Shown one piece after another: positions 57,185-64,000 of a stretch of 64,000 nucleotides of DNA. Position numbers and translations under genes: made by a program. A model generated the notes under the pieces. The model saw only the letters and a list, made by a program, of their open reading frames with translations, ran no database searches and was not told where the DNA came from. The stretch comes from an uncultured Planctomycetota bacterium (lineage in GTDB: Bacteria > Planctomycetota > Planctomycetia > Gemmatales > Gemmataceae), in assembly GCA_963849325.1 (NCBI GenBank), contig CAWKHF010000004.1:64001-128000 (forward strand), in the 5' to 3' direction. How positions within the stretch are numbered: the stretch's first letter is position 1; the number at the start of each line of letters is the position of its first letter.

Positions 57185-58726
57185 ATGGCAGATCAATGGT
57201 TCATCGTGCGGGACGACAAGAAATACGGGCCGTACAAGCTGGTCCAGATGAAGCAGCTTGCGGCTTCCGGCAAACTGCTGCCCATCGACAAGGTGTTGCA
57301 GGAAGGAATGAGCCAGTGGGTGCCCGCCTCACAGATCGAGGCCATCTTCCCGCCCACCGGGATCACACCTGCGCCGCCACCGCTACCTGTGCCCGTCGCC
57401 GCTGAACCGGCTGAGTGGCACTTCACGAAGAGCGGCGCTCAAGCCGGGCCGGTGACGTGGACGCAACTGCGCCAACTGGCGGCGTCAGGCCAACTCCAGC
57501 CGACCGACATGGTATGGAAGGCCGGGATGCCCTCGTGGATGGCTGCGGCCACGGTCCAGAACCTCTTCCCGTCTGCGACTGCCGCTTCGTCGCCTCCTCT
57601 CCCGCTGATGCCGGTGGCTGGGTCGCCTCCCGCCTTGGTGGATCGGGTGACGGGGCAACTGCTCTTTCAGGGCGGCGGGCCTGGAGCCGAGGACCAAAAA
57701 ATCGACATCCTCTTCGACAGCCAGAAGCTCGGCGTGGGTTCCTGCAAGGGCGGGTTCGGCCTGGCTTTCGAGACGACCGCTGGGCACCACACCGTCGTGC
57801 TGGTCCAGTCGGGGGTGATGAAAAAGATGTTCGGGACCGCCGGGAAGCAGCGGTCGTTCCCACTGGACCTTCAGAGTCCGGGCCATTACGAGATCAACTT
57901 CAGCTACCCTCGCAAGATGGGCGGGGTGCTGGGCGGGTTCCTGGCGGGCCTCAAAGGGGGTGTAACCGGCGCATCGGTCGAGACGCACAACCTCCCCACG
58001 GAGGTCCAGGTCAATCACAGCCCGCAGGCCAGACGCCTGCCGGGGGCCGTGCAGATCGACCCGACCGCCGAACCCACGGAGGCGGAAGAGGGTCTGGTCC
58101 CGAAGATGCTGCGGCAGCGGCGGGAGGCGGCGAGGCAAGCGCTGTTGCACGGCCTGTGGGAGCCTGTTACCGGACAGGCCCTCTCCTTCATGTTCACCAA
58201 GGACGGGGCGATGCTCCGAGGCGACGGCTTCGCCACGAAGTTTCGGTGGGTCGGTGACGACAAGCTCGAACTCTACGCTGATGACACGGACAAAACGGCG
58301 CAGTTCACGGTCCTGTCGCTGGGCGAGTTCGAGTTGATCCTCAAGACCGGGGAGCAGTCGGGCCATTTCAAGAGAGGCGTCACGATCACCGAGGCCGAAC
58401 TGAGGCGACGAAACGAAGAGGCTCGCAAGCGAGCCAAGGAAGCAGCCGAGAATTTCAAGAACGTGGCGTTTGGCGTGGCGTCCGTGCTGGCCGCTGGAGG
58501 GTTTGCCGTCCTGTGTGGTGGTGTGGCTGTTGCGGCGATGGGATCGGGGGTCGGCAGTGGAGTCCAGGCGGCGGGCGTTTCGGGCAGTACGGAGCAGTTG
58601 GGAAGCGCACAGCCAAAACAGCACCCGTGTCACGAATGTGGCGGGCGGGGCTGGCTTAGCATCGGCACATCAACCGAGCGGCGCTGCCCCCGCTGCGGCG
58701 GGCAAGGCGTCGAATGGCGCTATTAG
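57185..58726 (+). CDS. Two GYF_2 (DUF4339) domains, TM segment and C-terminal DnaJ-like zinc finger
   Basis: WF...YGPY...L..LA.SG.L.P.D.V..GM..W twice; CHECGGRG...CPRCGGQG. Confidence 0.8.
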   Translation: MADQWFIVRDDKKYGPYKLVQMKQLAASGKLLPIDKVLQEGMSQWVPASQIEAIFPPTGITPAPPPLPVPVAAEPAEWHFTKSGAQAGPVTWTQLRQLAASGQLQPTDMVWKAGMPSWMAAATVQNLFPSATAASSPPLPLMPVAGSPPALVDRVTGQLLFQGGGPGAEDQKIDILFDSQKLGVGSCKGGFGLAFETTAGHHTVVLVQSGVMKKMFGTAGKQRSFPLDLQSPGHYEINFSYPRKMGGVLGGFLAGLKGGVTGASVETHNLPTEVQVNHSPQARRLPGAVQIDPTAEPTEAEEGLVPKMLRQRREAARQALLHGLWEPVTGQALSFMFTKDGAMLRGDGFATKFRWVGDDKLELYADDTDKTAQFTVLSLGEFELILKTGEQSGHFKRGVTITEAELRRRNEEARKRAKEAAENFKNVAFGVASVLAAGGFAVLCGGVAVAAMGSGVGSGVQAAGVSGSTEQLGSAQPKQHPCHECGGRGWLSIGTSTERRCPRCGGQGVEWRY

Positions 58727-58791
58727 GCTGATCGACACAGCCACCGGAATCGCAACAACCGATCAACACAGTGCCGGAAAAGGAGCAGGCC

Positions 58792-59721
58792 ATGCTTCGT
58801 TTCTCCTGTCCAAAATGTCAGACCGTCCTGCAAGCTGCCGCCGAGCAAGCTGGGGCTACTGTCGGTTGTCCAAAGTGCAAGTTCCAGATGCAGATTCCTT
58901 CAGCGGCTCCTACCGCCAAGGTCGCCTCGCCACCTACTGCCAACCCCACACCCTCTGCATCAACTGCTGCCCCCTGGTACTTCACACGGGACGGAAAGAG
59001 GTTCGGCCCTTACACCGCCGCCCAACTGAATCAGTACGCAGGCTCCGGCCAACTCCTGCCCACGGATTTGGTGTGGAAGGAGGGGATGGAGGGCTGGAAG
59101 CCAGCGTCAACGGTCAAGGGGTTGTTCGCCGCCCAACAGCCGCCGTCGAAACCGGCTCCCCTGGCGCACCCTTCCAGCACGCCCGGCAACCCTTTTGAGT
59201 CCTTGGCCACACCCAACACCAGTCCATTGACCCAGGCCAAGAACAAGTGGCAGGGCCTCAACCCCAAGGCGAAGGCGGGAATCATCGCTGGGGCGGTGGC
59301 GGTGCCGCTTGTTCTGATCTTGCTGATCTGTGGTGTGGTCGGCTTGCTGACGTGGGGAAAGTCGAGTCAGCAAGGAGGGGCCATCGCTCAGAAGGACGGT
59401 AGCAAGAAGAGGGTCGGGGAAGGGGGCAAGGGCGGAACCAATAAGGGGGAAGATGTTGGAAGCGGTGGCACGAAGTCCGCTGAATACGAACGGCAGTATA
59501 AGTTGGGTCTTCAGATGGGGCGGACACTTGCCAAGGGGTGGGAACAGTCCGGCAAGACTGATACTGTTCGCCAGCATTGCCTGAAGTCACTTCGGGATGC
59601 GGAAAAAACAATCAATGATTATATGAAATCGTATCCGCCATCCAGTGACGCAGTTCAAGGACCAATCGGCTACCGTGACGGGATGCGTGTGGGACTCAAG
59701 GAAGGCGGATTTCCTCTTTGA
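58792..59721 (+). CDS. Zinc-ribbon + GYF_2 + TM protein
   Basis: AAGGAG RBS; CPKC...CPKC; WYF..DGKRFGPY...VWKEGM..W; TM helix. Confidence 0.8.
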   Translation: MLRFSCPKCQTVLQAAAEQAGATVGCPKCKFQMQIPSAAPTAKVASPPTANPTPSASTAAPWYFTRDGKRFGPYTAAQLNQYAGSGQLLPTDLVWKEGMEGWKPASTVKGLFAAQQPPSKPAPLAHPSSTPGNPFESLATPNTSPLTQAKNKWQGLNPKAKAGIIAGAVAVPLVLILLICGVVGLLTWGKSSQQGGAIAQKDGSKKRVGEGGKGGTNKGEDVGSGGTKSAEYERQYKLGLQMGRTLAKGWEQSGKTDTVRQHCLKSLRDAEKTINDYMKSYPPSSDAVQGPIGYRDGMRVGLKEGGFPL

Positions 59722-59865
59722 CGTTTCCCTCTCGGTGATTCTGCCGTACTCCCGGTCAGCTTCGGGGTAAAGTGGTGCGCATCGGCAAGCTCCTCGTGGC
59801 GCTGGCGTTGCCGCCATTGTAGCGGCGGCAAAGAACACGGTCGAGAATGCTGCTGTCAGCACACC

Positions 59866-60130
59866 GCTAACAAGAGCGGCCTGGTCGCTTCCCTGAGCAG
59901 ATTCACATTTGGCTCCCACTTTTCCCAGCAACGCCATGCGCCAGCCGGTTTTTGTCCTGCGACGGGCAATGGGGTTATTAGCCGACGCCTGCCACAGCAG
60001 CCCCAGGCAGGCACCCGTTATCAAGGGCCAGGCTCAGCCAAAGCGCTAATAACGGCCACCCCTTCTGCCACGCTGGTTATTAGCGGCCCTGCCACACCAG
60101 GGACGGCTCGCCCAGCGCTGCTTATTACCC
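59866..60130. repeat. Cluster of GTTATTAGC-type short repeats in both orientations
   Basis: Exact at 59974, 60045 (reverse) and 60076; variants at 59866, 60017 and 60121. Confidence 0.55.
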
Positions 60131-60183
60131 CACCCCCGGATCGCCCCGGTCCATGAGCGCATTGTCCCTGCCGCCTTTCAGCC

Positions 60184-62175
60184 CTACGCCGCCCGTTTTT
60201 GCTGAAAAAGCTGTCCGATTCGCTGCCCGAAGCGGATTTCGCACCACTGACACCGCACATACAGCAGTTCCAGGTCGTCATCGTCCTGGCAACGGAAGGA
60301 CGGCGGGAGAGATATAGTAGAGACTTCTTCCTCTCTCTCTTCTTCCTCGTCCTTCGTCACCAGCGGCGACAGCACGAAAAAGTTCCCGTGCCGGTAGCCG
60401 GTCACGGGATCGTGGTAATACTTGTGCCGCAGGATGAGGAAGCCCGACTGCCGGAGCAGGGCGAAGACCTTGCTGGCCCTGGTGTTCGTGCCCGGAATGC
60501 CATGCTCCTCCAGAAACTTGCACATCAGGCTGTAGGCCAACTCGTTCTTGTGCAGGACGTGGTGGGCCACCCGCTCCAGCAGGCACTTGGCCGTTTCCAG
60601 CGAGCAGCGCATGTGCAGGGCGACCATCGCTGCCAGCGCCAGGACGGTTGCGCTCTTGGCCAGTTCGAGCCTGGGCTGGCTGGCTTTCGGGAGCTTCGAG
60701 GTAGCGGGGTTGCGGATGTCGAAGCCGATCTTGCCGCAGTAGGCGTGAACCTTCTGCCAGATGGCACGGGAGCGCTCCGGGTCGGGCAGGTAGGCGAGCG
60801 GGTCTTTCAGCAGGTACTCGTTCGCCCGGTCAAGCTCGGCCTCGTCGTAAAGGAGCCGGTCGGAGAAGGACTTGTCCGGGAGCCGCTGGCGCAGGCTCTT
60901 GACGACGGCCCTGGTTTCCTCGGCGCTGAGTCCCTTGCCCACCATGCAGTAGCGGATCACGCCCTGCTCGATGATGCCGATGGTATCGTCCGGGGGCCGA
61001 ACGCCGTTGACGTAGGTATCGACCAGCATTTTCAGCCAGCGCCCCTTGAGCGGGCCGAGACTCCCCATGCCAGTGCCAGTCGGCCATTTCACCTTCCGGG
61101 CCTTGCGTTTTTCCTTCGGCTCCTCGTCAACGTCGGTGTCCAGGGCCTCGACATCTGGCTGTCTGGCGCAGGCGTCGGCAGCGACCTGTTCCCAGGTTTC
61201 CCACGGTGCCGTCTGCGGCTTCTGGAGCCACTGCCAGACGTACCCGCACGAGTAGGCCGACCGGGTGTAGCGGCGTTTCTTCTTCGTCAGCTTGTTGTAG
61301 CGGTAGCCGATCCGCTTCACCTTGGGCACGAGGCGGTCGCAGACGAGAACCTTGTCGGGCCGGAGCGGAAGAATGACTTGGTGCAGGTTGTCCGGGAATA
61401 CCTCGACATCCTCCAGCCACGGCAGCTTCCGCCGCCAGGAGGAGATGATGCTTCGGGCCTCTCGGTAGGTGATCGAGCGGACGGGAATCCAGAGATGCAG
61501 CGAGCCGTTCTTCGGGTTGACCTGGAGCATGGCAGCACGCCCCTCCTCATCGAGAAGCTGGCGCAGTTCCCCTAGCCGTTGAATGAAGAGGACGGTCGAG
61601 ATGACCCCGCTGTGCCGGTCGAGGTCTATCACGAGCCAGCCAGTCTCGCCGTAGCCGGTCTTCTGCTGGACGATGCCGTGCAGCCACTCGCCCCGTAGGT
61701 GTTCCTTGAACTTGAAGGGGCGCTTCCATGTCGTGCCGATGGTGTACGTCTTCTTCTCCGGGGTGGAGATGAGCCAGGTCTTCCAGTCGTGACCGTGCCG
61801 GAAGCCAAGTTCCAGCATGATCTCGGCCTCCTTCTCGGTCGGCTCCACGACCTTCTCCCAGGAGGCATAGAGGTTCGCCCCGGTGATCTGACCGGCTCGG
61901 TGCGCCCGGAGGTAGAGGTCGGACTCGATAGCGGCAGTCTTGTCTTGATGAAGCAGGCTCCGCAGGTCGTCTAGCTCCTGGTCGGTCAGCGGCCACGCCT
62001 GGTTGCGCATCGCATGGTGCGGTTCGGCGTGGAGATAGAGTTGCTTGCCTACGGGTTTGCCGAGCGGTCGAAGCCCTTGCCTGTAGAGTTGCCTGGCCGT
62101 TTTCGGAAAGCGTGACGCTTGCTCGCAAACGGCTGGAATTATCTCGTGGTTGGTGGATATAATACTAATACACAT
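60184..62175 (-). CDS. AEP (primase-polymerase)-like replication protein with probable C-terminal winged HTH
   Basis: WLVIDLD (motif I), NGSLHLW (motif II), VEVFPD (candidate motif III); flanked by HTH genes and repeats; start uncertain. Confidence 0.65.
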   Translation of the reverse strand: MCISIISTNHEIIPAVCEQASRFPKTARQLYRQGLRPLGKPVGKQLYLHAEPHHAMRNQAWPLTDQELDDLRSLLHQDKTAAIESDLYLRAHRAGQITGANLYASWEKVVEPTEKEAEIMLELGFRHGHDWKTWLISTPEKKTYTIGTTWKRPFKFKEHLRGEWLHGIVQQKTGYGETGWLVIDLDRHSGVISTVLFIQRLGELRQLLDEEGRAAMLQVNPKNGSLHLWIPVRSITYREARSIISSWRRKLPWLEDVEVFPDNLHQVILPLRPDKVLVCDRLVPKVKRIGYRYNKLTKKKRRYTRSAYSCGYVWQWLQKPQTAPWETWEQVAADACARQPDVEALDTDVDEEPKEKRKARKVKWPTGTGMGSLGPLKGRWLKMLVDTYVNGVRPPDDTIGIIEQGVIRYCMVGKGLSAEETRAVVKSLRQRLPDKSFSDRLLYDEAELDRANEYLLKDPLAYLPDPERSRAIWQKVHAYCGKIGFDIRNPATSKLPKASQPRLELAKSATVLALAAMVALHMRCSLETAKCLLERVAHHVLHKNELAYSLMCKFLEEHGIPGTNTRASKVFALLRQSGFLILRHKYYHDPVTGYRHGNFFVLSPLVTKDEEEEREEEVSTISLPPSFRCQDDDDLELLYVRCQWCEIRFGQRIGQLFQQKRAA

Positions 62176-62354
62176 GATCGTTTGGTGCCCCGGCTCTTTG
62201 TCATAAAGACCGGGGCATCTTCGTTTGTCTTATTCTTGCCGCCGCAGACTCTCGTGTTCCGTCAAGAGCCTGCGAATCACCTGCGCAACCCGCTCATCAG
62301 TGGTCCAGGCTGCTCTTGCCTTTCTGGTGAGGATGTGCCAAGGGGCCTGGCCGT

Positions 62355-62600
62355 TCACGTCTGTGCCCTTGGGTATTGCATTCCGTCGAGGATGCCGGTC
62401 GTCTTCTCGCTATGCCAAATCCAGAAATATGTTCCCGGCTGGCGGCTTGGTCGCTGGCTGACATAGCCTTGGGCAAACGCCTCGGCGCTGGGCCTGCCAT
62501 CCTTGGTTCGCAGTCCGAGTCCCTTGAGCCAGCGTCCAACGACGTGGCTGCTCACTCCGTAGAGTCGGCCAAGGTCCGTAAGCGACAGATATTCATTCAT
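62355..62600 (-). CDS. Small HTH DNA-binding protein
   Basis: LSLTDLGRLYGVSSHVVGRWLKGLG. Confidence 0.7.
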   Translation of the reverse strand: MNEYLSLTDLGRLYGVSSHVVGRWLKGLGLRTKDGRPSAEAFAQGYVSQRPSRQPGTYFWIWHSEKTTGILDGMQYPRAQT

Positions 62601-62605
62601 GGGCC

Positions 62606-62842
62606 TCATTCATCATGGTGCTTGTAGCGCCGCCGCTGGGAGAACCATTGACCAATGGCCTTCACTTCCTCCTCGATGTAGTAATACTGCCGACCGCCTG
62701 GCATCCGGTGCGCAGGTCGGGGAATGTTGCCACGCCGGATGTTGTGGTGAAACGTCTCCAGCTTGATGTCCACATAGCGGGCGGCATCCCGAATGTTGTA
62801 ATATCCAAGGCGTATATGGGACGGTAACAGCTTGTTGGTCAT
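62606..62842 (-). CDS. Excisionase/MerR-like HTH protein
   Basis: GGAG RBS; YNIRDAARYVDI...RRGNIPRP...YY..EEV. Confidence 0.7.
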   Translation of the reverse strand: MTNKLLPSHIRLGYYNIRDAARYVDIKLETFHHNIRRGNIPRPAHRMPGGRQYYYIEEEVKAIGQWFSQRRRYKHHDE

Positions 62843-63169
62843 GGGTTTCACTCCGGCATCGTTGCTACAGAATTATAGTAGTGTACCTCCAGCGAAATTT
62901 GGAACGAAGAGCGGAATGTGAAAAGCGCATTTCCATTATTGCGCTCACCACTACATCCGCCTGCCGGGATTGCTGGCGCACTCTGAACCCCTGTTGAAAG
63001 AAGGGCAGATTCTTCGGCCTTATGCGGTCACAAGTTGACGCCTGAAAATTGAAAATGTCACCTATGGTGGCTTGCGAGAAATATAAATATGAGGTCAACG
63101 AAAGCATATAATATGACGCCTCTCGCAATATAACGCATGAACGCCGTCGCCCGGCCCGACTATTGCATC

Positions 63170-63294
63170 GTAGAGGTTGTAGACGTTGTTGAAGTTCTTG
63201 CCAAGAACGGTGGGAATGAAGGCCGGGAATCCTTTATGCCAGCAACCTATCCTCATGCCTTAGAAGAATCATCTACAACCGCTACAACGCCTAC
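63170..63294. repeat. Inverted arrays of 9-bp GTAGnnGTT repeats next to an AT-rich stretch (origin-like)
   Basis: GTAGAGGTT GTAGACGTT GTTGAAGTT versus reverse complement GTAGGCGTT GTAGCGGTT GTAGATGAT. Confidence 0.6.
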
Positions 63295-63401
63295 AGCCCC
63301 GTGGTCATGCGCCGCCAGTACGAAAAGCACTTTGCAACTCAGCCAGCCGTTCCTATACTGAGACAACGATAACGCACTCCCGCTCATCCAGTCCAGCATT
63401 G

Positions 63402-63475
63402 CCTGGCGGGTTAGTTGGCGGGCGGCACAACCTCAACCTCGTGAGGGATGCTGCGCCGCCAACTAACCCGCCAGG
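63402..63475. repeat. Perfect 20-bp inverted repeat followed by a T tract
   Basis: CCTGGCGGGTTAGTTGGCGG / CCGCCAACTAACCCGCCAGG + TTTTTT. Confidence 0.8.
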
Positions 63476-63509
63476 TTTTTTGTTGCGCCGCCTCCTCTGG
63501 TGCGATCTC

Positions 63510-63734
63510 GTGAGCGGTTCTCCCGTCGTTCCCGTCCGAATCCCAGCCGAATTGCTCGAACTGCTGGACCAAGCCGTTGCCCGGTCGATGGCCACCCGCA
63601 GAGACGGTCCCTGGACCCGCTCCAACTTCATCGTTGCCGCCATCGAGGAGAAGTTGAAGAAGATGGCCCGCAATTCGGGCAAAAGCCAATCGCCCCTGCC
63701 GACGACCCACCGCCGGGATTCTGCGACCTTCTGA
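63510..63734 (+). CDS. Ribbon-helix-helix (CopG-like) protein
   Basis: VVPVRIPAELLELLD...TRSNFIVAAIEEKL. Confidence 0.7.
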   Translation: MSGSPVVPVRIPAELLELLDQAVARSMATRRDGPWTRSNFIVAAIEEKLKKMARNSGKSQSPLPTTHRRDSATF

Positions 63735-64000
63735 GGAAGGGTGTATTACACCCCCTCCGGGAAAGCGGTGGCAAAGAACTTGGCAGAATCCGGCGCTCGT
63801 GGTTTACAGATCGCCAATTTTCGCAGTAAAGAGAGATACCCGAACCGACAGCAACTTGGGCAAGCAGTCAGGGAGATCACTGGAGTCATGCGCAAGAGCA
63901 AGGTCAAGAAGCCTGGCAATACCAAGGCCCAGGAGCAGCGGCACAGCATTCCCCCCGCCCTGCGGATTTCTGGCAGGCCGTCCTTCGATTGGGTCATGGA

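Noticed and set aside
63138-63167. TGAACG...TTGCA near the origin-like region
   Set aside because: Spacer is 19 nt, not 14.

Overview
GC-rich DNA resembling Planctomycetota (Gemmataceae-type gene families: MTEAEWL...HVRGCWVVD paralogues, GYF_2 proteins, ECF sigma plus Ser/Thr kinase). I saw no housekeeping core genes, rRNA, tRNA, CRISPR array or integrase. The window reads as the interior of a large mobile element or island with four parts. (i) 1-33.9 kb: accessory cargo (methyltransferases, cupins, thioredoxin, DoxX, hybrid kinase, Tag, GIY-YIG, phospholipase C, GNATs, a ParB-Dam fusion), a degenerate AEP-like replicase, an IS66 and a 112-bp MITE. (ii) 34.2-54.2 kb: about 40 mostly small phage/plasmid-type genes (two GHKL-ATPase/zincin proteins, one circularly permuted; ParB-like; DUF932; PAPS-reductase-like). 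(iii) 54.2-59.7 kb: ECF sigma / Ser-Thr kinase-LRR / GYF_2 signalling module. (iv) 60-64 kb: a second, intact-looking AEP-like replicase with small HTH/RHH genes and origin-like repeats. Two signals stand out. First, 13 strictly gene-oriented copies of a bipartite motif (A/T tract-TGAACG-N14-GTGCA) between 38.7 and 50.7 kb suggest a dedicated promoter/regulon. Second, CGCG is almost absent everywhere except inside the IS66. About 13 single-base frameshifts may be sequencing errors. All family calls are by motif recognition, not database search.
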